A stretch of 64,000 nucleotides of DNA from Antechinus flavipes (GCF_016432865.1 NC_067399.1:246264001-246328000), one strand, 5' to 3'. Shown: positions 1 to 13,910, counted from the stretch's first letter. Notes: generated by a model not told the origin, from the sequence alone. Translations and numbers: made by a program.

Positions 1-1886
1 TCCTATGGTGCCACGTATCCAAGATTCCTCTGGCCTGTTGACAATGCATACTATGTGCTTTTTAAAGTATGTCATCTGATCAGCTATAACTGTAGGTTTC
101 CATTGAATAATGAGTCATTGGAGTCTAATTTTCATTAGGAAAGGAGAATTTAAATGATCATTTAAAGTAGATTGTGTTAAGAATATTATAAATATGTCAT
201 TATGGCAAAATGTAGTGTTTTTCTAAGTACTAAGCGTTATTTTTAAACATAAGTTGTTGATGTCTAAGTAATGTTTTGATATAATCGGGGCAATTTACTG
301 ATTGTCCCAATGATGAAATACAACTGGGAAAATCTAGAAACATACTCTCCCCTTTATTTTGTAATTTTAATATTCATATGAATAACTAAAGTTATAGAAG
401 TTATTTCCTGGAATTGGTTTATATTTTTTGCAGATTATTACCAACTCTTGATTATCTGTCATTTCTCCTTTTTTCTTTATCTGTCATTTCTCCTCTTTTC
501 ATGGTGAATCTTTTAAGCATCCAGAATAAAATGTCATTAATTTGTATAGTTTCTGCTGATATTAGATCATTATTTATATCAGTGCATACTTAGCATTTCA
601 ATAGGCACAGAACTCCCAAACAATTAGCCTAAATCTCAACTCAAGCTTTAAGTAATTGACAGCTGAGGGGAAGGGGTGTTAAGAGAGTGGGGAAGAAAAA
701 AGGAGGAAAGAAAGTTGAACTCTTAAGCATAATAAAAGTCAAAAACTCTCCTGGAGGAAAGTCCCATGAGGGAATGCCTCTTTTTCTATAGTTACCCTCT
801 GTACTTTGAAGAAAATAGATGTTATCATGTTATCATCTAGACCTTTTGCCTACATTAGAATTGCTTCCAGTAGTTTGGGATTCTGGGTGTGTTTTGTATA
901 GTCTGCTGCCCTAAAAGATACCAAGAAAGAAAAAGAATTAAAATCTTTGGGGTTAGCAGAGGAGTAGAAGATGGTCTTTAATTTTGTTTTTCTTTCATAC
1001 TGTATGGATAAGATAAGGAAAAGCAGTTTCTGCCAGAGAGAGAAGAAAAAGTGAAAGATGTTTTAGAAAATTGACTAGCTATCAAAGCTTCCAGGGATTT
1101 GGGGTTTAGAAAGAGAGACCTACTTTTAGTAAGTCTGATTGAATACAGAATATTTACATATGGAAGAGATCTTAGAGATTACATAGAACATTGTCTTATT
1201 TTATGAAGGGAACTGAGACCCAGAAAATTAGTCAAACAGATCCCCTTTTCTATGTACTAAACTGACAAACTCATAATTCCTGTCTTACATTACATAATTG
1301 TGATAAGTTTTGAAAAGTACATGGTTTTAATGATGTGAATATTTTGGTTTTTCTTAGTCCTGTATAATCCTCAAAGTTAATACTTGAATAATTTGAGTTT
1401 GTACAGTAAGTTGTTTTCTGTTTTTATTGACTTTTTTGTTTGTTTTTATATTTCCTTCACTTCGAAATAGTTCAGTCTCCTTTTCCATCATCCCAGTAAG
1501 TTACTCTTCACGACAAAGAGTATAGTGAAGGGAAGGAAGGGGAAATCATTTCAGCCAACTAATACATCAGTTAAATTATGCCATGTTTCATTTCCTTAGT
1601 CCCTACCCCTACAAAGAAAGAAGGGAGGTATGTTCTCCCATTTCTTCTCTGGAGTCAAATTTGGTCATGGCAAAACCATAACATTCTTTGCTGGACATTT
1701 TTAAATCATTTCAAATCAATGGACATCTTCTTTGTTTCTAGTTCTTTGATGCCACAAAAAGTGCTCAGATTATTCGGTATGGAATAGATCTTTTACCTAG
1801 GTAACAATGGGATCTCTAGGTCAAAGGTTTTGGACAGCTTAGAGACTTTTAAAACTAAGTTCAAATTGCTTTTAAGAATGATTAGA

Positions 1887-2269
1887 TAATGAATAGAACC
1901 AGCTATTCCCAGCAAAAGAACTCTGGGAAATGAGTGTGAACCACTACATAGCATTTCCAATCCCTTTGTTTTTGTCTGCTTGTGTTTTTGATTTCCTTCT
2001 CAGATTAATTTTACATTATTTCAAAGTCTGATTCTTCTTGTGCAGCAAAAGAACTGTATGGATATTATGTATACATATATTGTATTTAACATATACTTTA
2101 ACATATTGAACATGTATTGGTCATCTGGGGGAGAGGATGGAGGGAAGGAGGAAAAAAGTTAGAACAGAAGGTTTTGCAAGCGCCAATGCTGAAAAATTAC
2201 CCATGCATATATCTTGTAAATAAAAAGCTATAATAAAAAAGAATTAATGTTATCTGGGGGAAAAAAAAA
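1887..2269 (+). mobile_element. 5'-truncated L1 (3'UTR only) with 13-bp TSD
   Basis: Marsupial L1 3'UTR ending ...aattacccatgcatatatcttgtaaataaaaagc plus A-rich tail. TSD aagaatgattaga at 1874-1886 and 2270-2282. Confidence 0.85.
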
Positions 2270-3254
2270 AAGAATGATTAGAGCTAATACCATAGGGTAT
2301 TGATGTGCCTGTGTTTCAAAAACCTCCCCAATATGGATTCTTTTCATCTTTGCCAGTTTGTTGCTGTGAGGTGAAACTGCAATGTTGTTTTTCTTTGCAT
2401 ATCTCTTTTCCTTAATGATTTGTAACACTCTGACAATTTACTAATAGTTTACAATTTGGTAATAGTTTAACAACAATTTTTAAATTCTTTTAAGAATTGT
2501 TTGTATCCTTTCAATATTTTATCATTGGTCAATGAGTTTTAATTTTTATTGTATTGATTTACTCTGTATTTTGAATATCAGACTCTTAGCAAAGATAGTT
2601 GATGCATTCCCCTCCATATCCATATCCCCCATTCATTAGTTTCTTATCCTAATTTCATATGCTGCAAAAGCTTTTTAATATCATAAAATCAAAATGATCA
2701 TTTTTACCCTTTGTAATATTTTCTAGCCTTCATTTGATTAAAAACTGTTCCCCTCTCTTACCCTCCTTTAAAGAAAATACTATGACATTTAATAGATTGT
2801 CCATTCTATCTTTTAAAAATATGTTTTGCCCTATTTAGAAAGAGGAAAAATACAGCACTTTTTTAAGACCACTTAGGAATAATGCTGATATTCTAATGTG
2901 GAGTTATGAAATTAGAAAAAGTGGAATAGTTGATGGGGTAACTATTTGAGTCATAAATGCCACTTTAGAGCCTGAGTAATTCTGGTGGGTGTCAGACCTA
3001 TTGTATATGCAATTTAAATAAATTGTTATTTAAAAGAGGGAGGGTTGTAGTATCACTACAACTATTGTTTACACAGCTCATCTTTACATGATGTATTTTA
3101 TACATGGTATTTGCATGTTATAATCATAATAATGTCCAGTAAAAGATAATTTAAGTGTCATTTTACATTTTACAGATGAGATTCTTAGAGGTGAGCTGAT
3201 TTTTCCCAAAGAACAACTGGTAGTTGCTCTGGGCCTCAAGTTGGATTCACCTTT

Positions 3255-3445
3255 CTGAATCCAAATCCAGCCTCAGATAGATACTTGCTAACTGTATGAT
3301 CCTGGACAAATCACTTAACCTTGTTTGCCTTAGTTTCCTCATAGTTCAAATAACTGGAACAGGAAATGGCAAACTATTCCACAATTTGTGTCAATAAACC
3401 CCAGCTCAGATAACAAAGAGTCAAATATGCCTGAAAATGACTATA
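3255..3445 (+). mobile_element. Mar1-type core-SINE
   Basis: Core motif (ctgtatgatcctggacaaatcacttaacc) plus RTE-derived tail (gaaatggcaaactattccac...aaagagtcaaatatg). Confidence 0.75.
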
Positions 3446-3774
3446 AACTACAGAATACGTACTCAAAGTCATATGGATAGCAACTGTAGCCTTGATTCAG
3501 TTCTGGATCTGACTTCATAGCTTGTGAGGTGTCATATACTCCAGAAATTTGAAGGAAGTGAATTTAAAGTAATTTAAAATATGAAATTTAAGAGGAAAAA
3601 AAAAGTAAAGTCTTATGCTTGGGTATAAAAAAAAATCAACTTTTCAAGGATTGGATGGGAAAGGTAGGGCTAGCTAGACACTAGTTCCTCTGAAAATATC
3701 AGAGGACATTCAAAGGGCTACAAACTAGATGTGATTGAGTAGTGTGACATAATGCCCTGAACAGCCAATAATAT

Positions 3775-4375
3775 CCTCATCACCTCACACCTGAATTATT
3801 ATAGTAGACTGCTTGATGGTTGGATGTCTGCCTCCAGTCTCACCCCACTCTAGTTCTTCTCTTCTTGCCCTTAAAGTGACTTTCCTAAAATGCAGGTTTG
3901 AGCACTTCAAACTCTTTCCCCTTTTTATTCAACAAACTACTGTGGTTTTCTCTTGCCTTCAGGAGTGAATATAAAATGAGCTGTTTGGCATTCAAAGCCT
4001 TTCTTAACCTAGCCCTCTTCTACCTTTCTATACTTATACCTTACAAGTACTGTTCTGTCTGGTGACACTGACCCTCCTGGCTGTTCCATGAACTGTACAT
4101 TCTATAGCTTGCCTCTGGGCATTCTTTTTAGCTGTTCTTCAGACTTAGAATACCCTCTGTTCTCTACTAGGATTACTGACCTCCTTGATTTCCTTTAAGT
4201 TTCAACTAAAATCCTACTTCCCTCAGGAAGTTTTCAGATGCCTTCCCTCTGTTATTTCCTATTAATCCTTTATATAGATTCCTTTATATTGTAAGTTCCT
4301 TGAGGTCAGGGTCTGTCTTTTGCCAATCCATATCTCGTGCTTAATAAGTAGGCAACATAATAGGAAGTTAATGAC
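3775..4375 (+). mobile_element. L2 LINE 3' fragment
   Basis: Degenerate L2 motifs (ctcatcacctcacacctgaattatt..., taagttccttgaggtcagggtctgtc). Confidence 0.65.
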
Positions 4376-4639
4376 TTTGTTGTTCAATTTTCAATATCAT
4401 TTTCTGTCCTATTCTAGCAAAGATATTTAGTAGTTTGCCATCTTCGCCAGCCATTTTTACAGATAAGGAAACTAAAGCAAATAGTGACTTTCCCAAGATC
4501 ACACCAACTAGTAAGTATCTGATGCTACATTTGAACACAGGACTTCTTGACTCTAGTTCTTATCCTCTGTGCTACTAACCCACCCCACTTGAATGGATTG
4601 AATAGAAATGTACACTCTCCACAATAGAAGAAAGTGATA

Positions 4640-5095
4640 ATTCTACTGTCTTCTGCCTTCAATTTAAGGTTCTACAGTCCTGTGTATAGTACTTGGAAAA
4701 TTTTAGGTTTTTCATCAACATGCTGAGCGGACTACAGACGATGCCATAAAAATATCAGGTGAAAGAATTGGGGATTATTTAGCCCACAGAAGGATCATAG
4801 ATTTAGAGCTAACTATTTCATCCAAATTCTTCATTTTCTAAATGAGGAAAGAGGTCCAGAAAAATTAAGAGACTGGTTCCAAATTCATGTACCTTTCCAA
4901 AGCAAAACTCAAGACATTCAGTGCTCAGCAGGTACTTGATAGCACTATTTAAGAGGCTATCATTTGAAAGAGGGAATAAGTTTGTTTTGCTTGTTCCTAA
5001 AGATTACAGTTAAGAATTTTGTGTCAGAGAAGAATATTTAGGCTTGATGAATAGAAAATCTTTCTAATAATTGGAGTGGTCCTCAATCAAGTTCT
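4640..5095 (+). mobile_element. CR1/L3 LINE 3' fragment interrupted by a MIR-like piece
   Basis: gaaagaattggggattatttagccc..., gaagaatatttaggcttgat...tttctaataatt, typical of CR1/L3 3' ends. Confidence 0.55.
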
Positions 5096-5824
5096 AAGCA
5101 TTAACAAGGCCTGAGAATACAAAGGAAACAATGAAAGTATCCCTGGGAAAGCTTACTAAATATAAGCTTTTTGAAGTCAAGGATTTGATTTTGGTCTTTA
5201 TATCCCGAGATACTAGCTCAGTTTCTTTTTCATAGTAGTCCCTTAAAGTGTTGTTGAATTTGGAAGTGGTAGAATCTACCACTAGAAGTTTAAGTGGAAG
5301 CTGTCTGCATTGTTTTGGGGATTCTTGTTCACTACCAATTTGTGAATGTTGAATGAGATAACATGTAAAGTGTTTTAAATCCTGTAAAGCATTACTTTAT
5401 AAATGCTGTTACTATAACTAGTTTAGTCTGATGTCCTCTGAGCCACTTCCAGCTCTTAAATGTTATATTTCTGCATCACATTAAAAGGATGTACTCCCTA
5501 CTACAAGGTGGACAACAAAGTCATTAATCTCATTGGGAAGGAGAGCCAAAAAAAATTTTATATGAATTCATGGATGATATTCTCATAACAAAAATGGTAG
5601 TAATGTCTTAGAGCCAGAAATGCCTTGTATTCAGGTCCTGCCTTTTACAGATACTAATTGTGTCAATTTTCCAGTGTCCTGGACCACAAAAACATAAGTT
5701 TTAGAGATCTGTTGGTGTATTTCCATTTGCACGTGGGGAGTTCTCTATACCAATGAAAGCATTGATTGATTAGGACCAAATGGATTCCCATACTAAATGG
5801 TGATATCTTAGGCATTCTATGAAC

Positions 5825-6138
5825 TAGATACTCCATCTCTTGTCCCCAGGCAGTTTCTCTGACTGTCCTTCATGCCTGGAACATTCCTCCTCCCTCTGCT
5901 CTGACTACTGACCTCCCTGATTTCCTTTAAGTCCGAACTAAAACCCTTTTTTTACTGGAAGCCTTTCTTTCCCAGTCCCTCTTAATTCTAATGTCTCCCA
6001 GCTTTGATTACCATCTATTTATCCTGTATAGAGCTTGCTTTGTACATATTGTTTGTATGTTGTCTCTTCCATTAGATTGTAAACTTCTTCAGGGCAGGGA
6101 TTTTTACCTCTTTTTGTATTCCTTGTGCTTAGCACAGT
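5825..6138 (+). mobile_element. L2 LINE 3' end
   Basis: ctgtccttcatgcctggaacattc..., cattagattgtaaacttcttcagggcaggga...cttagcacagtg (L2 terminus). Confidence 0.75.
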
Positions 6139-7774
6139 GAGTTGAAGAGTAGGAGGTAGAAGAATAGAAAAAGAAAAAATGAATGTGATACTGAGGGGTT
6201 GAGAAAAGTGACCCTCAGTAGCATGTACACTACCTATTGATAGCTTATCTAGTTGAGAGAGTGATGAATTTTGTCAAGGCAGGTAGCCATTTAGGTTGGA
6301 CAAAACAATTGACATAAGTACACAATTTTTTTTTCCTATATTAAAAAATACCACTCTCCAGGACAAAGTTATGCCTTCTTTGAACTTGAAATTAGAAAGT
6401 TTGAGTTTCAATTTTCCATTTTTAAATAAGATTAGATCAGATGATCACTAAAGTCACTTCCAATTGCATATGTTATAGAAAAGGAACACAATAAAGATAT
6501 ATAAGGGAATACAGTTTTCAAACATGGTGGGGACTGCTGCTGAGGTTTATAAATAAATGCTTTGTTTAGACTGGGTCTTCAGCTTTCTCATTCCTGTTGA
6601 AAGCTCATCCAGTTTGTTTAGTGTTTTTGGTAAAGTACTTAACTGTTTTCATGGCTGTAGCTGAGATTGTGCTATTATATGATTAACAACTGTCTAAAAA
6701 ATTGTGCATATATACGTTAAAATTTAAAATCTGTATCATCAGCCTATTTCTCCATCACTTAAATCTAGACAAGCAACAAAAGAATAAATCAAGCCTTTAT
6801 TTGTAGCATTTGCCTATTTCCAAAGTTTAATACTCTCATTGAAAATTTTAGCAATTAGCTCTTCCAAGCCAGTACAACTTGGCTTTAGCACATCCCTGAC
6901 TAGAACTGTCTATTAACTTCATCAGAATTTAACCCAAGCATATAATAGAAGGCAAAAACATGTTCCACTGCTTTCTATTCATGATTTGCAAGTCAAATTA
7001 AATCAAAAAGGTAGCAAATCCTGAATATCATGGTATTTTTCTTCTGGATTCAAGAAAATAGCATGTCATGTGTCTTTAGAAATTAAATCTTCTAATAGAT
7101 GATTTCAGTTCTACTAAATATTGGCTTTCATTAGAATGACTTGGTCTCTGATATATAATGGCCAATCCAGGAATAGATGCTTATATCCCACCTGCTAGCT
7201 TCAGTGAGTTATAGGATTTGTCTGATTTTATTCCATTTGTTGTGTAATACAGAAGTTTTGCTATTATTGCTATCTATACATTGAAACTGTCCTCTGTTAG
7301 AAATTATATCTCCTGTAATGACCAAAGTTGGGGTGCATTTTTTCTAAGAATTAAACGGTGTGGTATATAATTTGTCTTTTTTTTTTAACATTAATTCATG
7401 ATGTGGACAAAAGTTTATCTGTTTAAACCTAATTCTAAAGATCTTTTTAAATCCCTTTCAGAAAAGCTGCATATAATTAAACTCAAATATGGTATAGCTA
7501 TTTTTCCTTCAGACTATCTATCTTAGTCTTCACTTCTGCGTATAGAATGCATGCTGTATGAAACTGTTATGTAAAGCTTCTAGTGACTTTTCAGTTTTTA
7601 AAAACATTAAATCCATTAAAGGGAAAAATTCTATATCAGTCTACTGGACAGTTGTCCTTCAGTTTTTCTAATGTGTTTCAGTAGCTTTTGTCAAATTTTA
7701 AGTAAGGGGAAGATCTATGTTTTGATTTAAATGAAATTATTGCTATTCTAAGAGAAGTTAGGTAGTACCGTTGA

Positions 7775-8030
7775 TAGTGCCTTACCCTGCAAGTCTGGAA
7801 GACCTATCTTCCCGAGTTCAAATCCAGCCTCAGGCAGGATTTCATATTTTTTTTTTATAGCAGGATTTTTTATAGCTGTGTGACTTTAGGCAAGTCACTT
7901 GACCCTGTTTGCCTCAGTTTCTTCATCTGTTATATGAATTAGAGAAGAAAATGACAAACTACTCCAATATCTCTGCCAAGAAAACCCCAACTGGAGTTAT
8001 GAAGAAAATCATGACTGAACAACAATATTA
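7775..8030 (+). mobile_element. Mar1-type core-SINE with a small internal duplication/T-rich insert
   Basis: tRNA-like head, core and tail ccaagaaaaccccaactggagttatgaag. gcaggattt...ttttatag is repeated at about 7834-7875. Confidence 0.75.
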
Positions 8031-8854
8031 CTGCTACTCTAAACACATTTGAAGTGGTTTTTCAAAGCATACAGCCATGGCTATTAATATACTAAATATT
8101 GTTTTAGCATCTGTACATTCAGGATTCTGCTTTTTGTATGCACAAGACATTCTTGGCAAGAGTGGACTATGAAAAGAACATTGGTGGGCAACTCATCTCT
8201 GAAACCTATAGAAAGTATGGAAAGCATATTCTCAATTTGGGCAATTCTATGAATTCTTGTCTTCCAATAGGGAGCCTGGTTGGTTCTTCTTACCTTAAAA
8301 ACAACTATGGAACCAGTCATGATATACTGGCAGTTAATATTTTCTTTATCTGCATAGCATAGCTAATGTTGTCTTCAAGTTGGTTTATTCAGTTTATCTC
8401 TTCTAGCTTCTCATCTGACACTAAAGACATCCACTAAACTACATATTCTAGGTACTTGTCTCAGTGCTTGGAATGTAATAAGATTTTCACAAATGTTTAT
8501 TTGAATGCCAAAAAGATAACAAATTATGGCAATTCTTATTGTTAGAGGGGCTGTAGGAAAAAAAAAAACAACAGGAGTTATGAATTAGTGTGATAAATTG
8601 GTGTTTATCAAGCATTTAATGAAAGGAATGAGGTCAAATAGAAAGTTGGATTCAGAGGTAGGAAGAACTAGATTCAAGTTATACTTATGATAAATATTGG
8701 CTTTGTGACCCTGGCCTCATTGTTCTAAAGCAGCTCCTTAATAACTTAATAAGTTGCCAAGAAAGGGCTAACTCATGTTGGTAAAGAGAGTTTCCTCACA
8801 GTTTATCATTCCAGGGAAATGCCAGTCCCTAGCTTTATCCTAAATTCCAAATTC

Positions 8855-10085
8855 AAAGAACTAAGATTCAGAGATAGCCAAAGCAAACTGTCTTCAAAGA
8901 GCTCACATTTTCAACAGAAAAGGCAACATGTAAATAACTAGGTATATATACAAGATATATACCTAGGATTGGAAGCTCATAGAGAGGAAGGCAGAGCCAA
9001 GGGAGCAAACTTCCTGCAAAAACGCAGCTTGGGACTCTGAGCTGAGTCTTGAAAAAAAATCAAAGAAACCAAAAAATGGAGTTGAGGAGAGAGAGAGCTT
9101 TCCAAGAGTGGAAAATAACCAGTGCAAAAACACAGAAATGGGAGAGATAATTAATGTGCGAGAAATAGCAAGTAGACCTGTATTAATCATAAAGTATGTA
9201 GGGAGGAGTAAAATATTGAAAAGAGAAAGACCAGGTTGTGATATTTAAATGCCACTTAGGATATTTTATTCTTGATTCTGGAGAAATAGGGAACCATTAG
9301 AGTTTATTGAGGGAGGGAATGGATGTGACATAGTCAGACTAGCATTTTAGGAAAATCACATTGGCAAGTGAATGAAGCAAGAAAGTGAATTAGAAGGCTA
9401 TTGCAATAGTCTAGATAAGAGTGAATGAGGGCCAGAATTGGGGGGGGTGGCTTTAAGAGTAGAGGAAAAGGAGTTTATACAAAAGATGTTCTGAAGTCAA
9501 ATCAACAAAATTTGACACAGATTGAACATGTTTATTGAATAAATGAAGAATTAAGGATGATATTTCAGTTGCCAACCTGGGCACCAAGGCAGGGCATAGT
9601 ATCTAACAAAGTAATAAGGAATTAGGGAAGAGGATAAGGTTTTTTGTAGATAATGAGTTATATTGTGAACAGGTTGAATTGAGATCTCTATACAATGTCC
9701 AGTTCAAAATATCCAGATGTCCTTTGGCCATGGAACTGTAGCTCAGAAGAAAGATTAGAAAGTCTTTATAGAGATGACTTGGACCTGTGGAAGCTGAAAT
9801 CACCAAGTAAAATAGTAAAGAAGGAGAAGTGCCAGAACAGAACCTTAGGGGCCACCGAAAGTCAATGGTGTGACATGCATGAAGAACCAAGAGAAGAGAC
9901 TAAGAAAGGATAGGTTGGACGAGAACTAGGAGTGAGCAGTCTCAAGAAAAGTTCAAGTGTAAAGAGTAACGAGAAGGAGATGATCAAAAGTATCAGATGC
10001 TGCGGAGAGGCCAAGAAGGGTGAAAACTGATAAAGGGCCATTAGATTTGGCACTCGGGATCATTGGGAGATTTGGAGAGTGAATA
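8855..10085 (-). mobile_element. L2 LINE fragment
   Basis: Purine-rich reverse-L2 signature (gtcagactagcattttaggaaaatcacattggc..., gagatgacttggacctgtggaagctg...). Confidence 0.7.
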
Positions 10086-10324
10086 ACCTTAATTTCTTAA
10101 TTGAGATCATAAGCCAACTATAGAGGATTTAGAACAAAAAGAATTGATTGTCCATGTATAACCTTTATCACATTGTTTGCTGTCTTGGAATGGGAGGTAA
10201 AGAAGGGAGAGAGAAAAAAATTTGCAGCTCAAAATCTCACAAAAATGAATGTTGAAAACTATTTTTAGTGTAATTGAAAAAATAAAATGTTATTGTAACA
10301 GTGAAAGGAAGGAGAACTGGAAGC

Positions 10325-10460
10325 ACCTGGTATCCACAGCTAGATGGCCCAATGGATAGAGAACCGGCATTTAACCTGAGTTCAAGTGTAGCCTCAGATA
10401 CTTAATGCTTCTTAGCTGTATGACCCTGGACAAATCACTTAACCATCCCCACCCACCCAC
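10325..10460 (+). mobile_element. WSINE1-like core-SINE
   Basis: acagctagatggcccaatggatagag...cctcagatacttaatgcttcttagctgtatgaccctggacaaatcacttaacc. Confidence 0.65.
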
Positions 10461-10494
10461 CATTGCGTCACCCAAGAAAAAGAAAGATACAGGC

Positions 10495-11000
10495 TAATAA
10501 TGACTGAGTGTTTTTCAAGCATGGGGGAGAAGCATGTATGTTGATTGATAGGCAAAGGATTGAAAATGAGAGTTTAGGGAAGATGAAGGCAATCTGCTGG
10601 AAGATAGAAGGCATTCATTGCCTTGTTCGCTGGTCCTCTTGCTAAAATCAGCACCCCTACATGCATCCTTGACTCCACAAAAGTCATGGGCAATGGAGTC
10701 AGGAACGCATGTGTTGATATTGGCCTTAGCAAGGCAAATAGCCATTTCTTCTAAGTGTGAAAAGGAGTAGGTAGTTGGGGAAGATAACCAACTGAAGTGA
10801 GATGAGTCAAAGAATGTCATAGAGGCTTGAGAAAAGATTTTAATGTTTGTAGAAAGTTGGATAATCAGTTGATTAGAATGGTTATCTGCTCTAGTAAGGG
10901 TCCACTTGTGATTATTAAATAATATAAATTTGTGTAAGCCCAGTAAAAGTTTTGTGATTTCCTCCAGTTTCATTTGAGCAGAAGTGATATATGTTAGGAT
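10495..11000 (-). mobile_element. L2 LINE ORF2 remnant
   Basis: Track ORF 10515..10973(-) contains LAKANINTCVPDSIAHDF, resembling the L2 ORF2 segment 'LxKANPSTCxLDPIPxxLL'; L2 pieces flank it. Confidence 0.6.
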
Positions 11001-12868
11001 TTAACATAATAGGCAGGATTTAATTGTTGACAATGCAAGAAGGCAGAGGATTCAAGAGTAATGGGGATAGTACAGAATTTAGTAATTGGTTTACTAAGGG
11101 GTGAAAGGAAGGGAGGGAGGAGACAAGAACATTTGTAAACTGACAAGGGTGAAAGAAGAACCAGAAAAAATAATGTACACAGTAATTACAACAGTATAAA
11201 TAGAAACAGCAACAAAGCAAAAATGAAAGTTGTAAAATTTTAATTAACCCTGCCTGGCTTCTAAAAGAAAAGACATCACCTTCCTTCTGTAGAGGCAGGG
11301 ACCTATGGATGTACAATATTATATAGTTTTTAATTATTTTTCTTTCTTATTTTGTTATAAAATATGGTTCTCTGAGTAAAGGAAAAGATGAACACTGAAA
11401 CATAGTTCAGAAAACCAAAAAAAGAAAATTTTTAAAAATTTGAACTATCTCAGTTTTTCTTTTACAGTAATAGGACTTAATATTTTGTGACCACAAAACT
11501 CACAGGGATATTGCAAGAATTAATAAATTTTTGAAGCATTTCAATTCGCTATTTCTCTGGAAAAGTTGTGTTTCTATGTAGTGGGATGGAGTTGTTTATG
11601 AAACATGATGATTTCAAATGGTGTATAAATAGATTTTCTATATGGGAACAAAATGTGTGCCACTTTTAAACCATCAGACTAGTTGAAATTATTTATTTTC
11701 CTTTCTAAAGTATTGATCTAGTGTGTAAGCTGACAGTTCAATGAGGAAAAAATTGGATTAAAATTTTTTTTTCTTTACTCCTAGTGTCCTTATTCTTGAA
11801 TATACTTATGCTAATTTTAAAAGTTGTCTGTTCCTAAGATCTGTTATTGGCAATTTTTTTCCTTTGTTTGGCAACATGATTTAAAGCTTTTTATGTGCAC
11901 TGTGCATGCATACATACATACATACATAAAATCATTTGGGAGTCCACATTTGGGTCACAGAGAGACATTAATATAGCCAATGTAGACTACCTTTGATGAC
12001 TTTTTTACAAATGGGGCAGCAGGAATCTTTAGAGAAGGGAAGTCTTCCCCCTAGGTAGAGTAAGGCAATGCCAGAATAATTACATACTTTTGAGGAAATT
12101 AGGTCAATAAGGAAAGGTGGAGAACCACACTTTGCTCTGTATCTGACACATGGTAAGTAGATGTTTAACAGATGCTTATTGATTGGTTGAGAAAGAATTG
12201 TTTGGAAATTGAGTCCTGAGTATCACCCTGTAGAAGTAGAAAGCTGGAGAATCCTTCTGCCCTGGAGAATTGCATATCTTACATTTTGGCAAAAGGCTGG
12301 GTGTATCTTTGATGTGGTAGGAGAGGAAGAGAGAGGACTAATATTTATTAATTAAAAGAAGAGGGGCGCCTTTTTAAAACTTTGTGGAGGCTGCCTCATT
12401 TAAGTTTCAAAATAGCGACTTGAGTATGTACTGAATGAGAGGATTTTTAAAATTTAATTTTAACAAGTGTGTTTAAAGATTTAGTGCAATTTAGTCATCT
12501 CCTAAGCATTTTTATCTTCCTTGCTCTGTAAATTTATCTGCTCTTGATATTTCTACACCTGGAACTTAATTGTTCTGAGAAGTTTGCTAGAGCACAGTTT
12601 TTTGGAAAACCTGAAACTTACACATCTGTTGTTTTAACATTCTATCTTTGAGTTCAAGAACTTAAAGGATTTCTTTCTCTCTTCTTCCTTATTGGAGGCA
12701 GAATGCTGTAATAGAAAGTATGTTGGACTGGGTCAGAAAACTTGAGTTTGGATCCTGGTATTGACAACTTATATAAGTTCTGAGCCTGAATTTTCTTATC
12801 TGTAAAATGGAAGTCAGTAAACATTAAGTTCCTATTATGTGCAGGCACTATTTTTACAAAAAGCATTT

Positions 12869-13061
12869 AAGGGATCCTCAAACTACAGCCCGCGGGGCAG
12901 ATGCAGCAGCTGAAGGCTATTATTCCCCTCACCCAGGGCTATGAAGTTTCTTTATTTAAAGGCCCACAAAACAAAGTTTTTTGTATTAATTATAGTCCGG
13001 CCCTCCAACTGTCTGAGGGACAGTGAATTGGACCCTTATTTAAAAAGTTTGAGGACCCCTG
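12869..13061. mobile_element. Non-autonomous hAT (OC1/OposCharlie1-type) MITE, 193 bp
   Basis: TIRs aagggatcctcaaact (12869-12884) and agtttgaggacccctg (13046-13061) match the CAGGGGTCCTCAAACT terminus of OC1-type hATs. Inserted in a reverse L2. No intact 8-bp TSD. Confidence 0.85.
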
Positions 13062-13115
13062 TGTGAGAGCTCACAATCTAATGGGAGAGACTAGAAACAA
13101 ACTATTGTGTACAAA

Positions 13116-13146
<31 letters not shown>

Positions 13147-13680
13147 TGTATTCAGGATAAACAGTAAATAATAAACAGAGATAAAGCACTAGAATTAAGA
13201 GAGGTTGGGAAAGACTTTCTTTTTATAGAAGACAGGATTTTACTTGGGAGTGGAAGGAAGGTAGAGAAGTCAGGGGGAAGGATAGGTTCTAGGTACGGGG
13301 GACAGCTGAGAGATGGAATGTCTTGATCATGGAACAGACTTAGGAAGCCAGTGTCTCTAGATTGAAGAGTATGTGGCAGAGAGTTAAGTATGCTAAGAAA
13401 ATTGGAAGAGAAGAAACTAGGTTTTGAAGGGTTTCAAAGGCCGAACAGTATTATTGTACTTGATTCTAGAAATGTTAGGGCGCTGCTATATGTTATGGGG
13501 GGTGGGGGGGGTGGAGAGATAGTTGGATCTGTAGGACTGGATTGGAAAGGGTGACTGGAACAGAAGGTGGGTTGGGGTGGGGGAGACTTGAGACAGTCCA
13601 AGCCACCTGCAGGCTAGTGCAACAAGTATGAGAAGATAAGGGGCCTGCACCAGAGAGGCAGCTTTGGTACTACAATCTGC
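13062..13680 (-). mobile_element. L2 LINE fragment (host of the OC1 insertion; its terminal part lies at about 12812-12868)
   Basis: agtcagtaaacattaagttcctattatgtgcaggcact on the left continues as gagctcacaatctaatgggagag on the right. Confidence 0.65.
13117..13140. repeat. (TA)12 microsatellite
   Basis: Directly visible. Confidence 0.95.
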
Positions 13681-13910
13681 CTCACATCTCAGAAGAATCA
13701 TTATTAAGAAGGTGCTATTTAAATGTTGGATCAATATTTTAGGTAACAGTCGTATAATTTTGCTTTTTTTTTTTTTTTTTTTTTTTTTTTTGAGAAGCAT
13801 TAGGCCATAGTAGATGGATAGCTCATCTCATACCCCTGTTAAAATCCAGTACTTGCTTGTTTTGTGATTTATCAGTTAACTTTCCAGTGCCCTTTAGTAA
13901 AATAAGATTG

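Noticed and set aside
452-494. 18-bp direct repeat ttatctgtcatttctcct with 25-bp period
   Set aside because: Only two copies; most simply a local slippage duplication with no sign of function.
8084-8362. Overlapping sense/antisense ORFs (78 and 74 aa) as a viral insert or micropeptide
   Set aside because: No recognisable motif; lengths are typical of chance ORFs. I could not run tBLASTn/BLASTx, which would be the decisive test for an endogenous viral element.
10515-10973. 152-aa minus-strand ORF as a novel gene
   Set aside because: Contains an L2 ORF2-like motif and is flanked by L2 fragments; no splice or promoter support.
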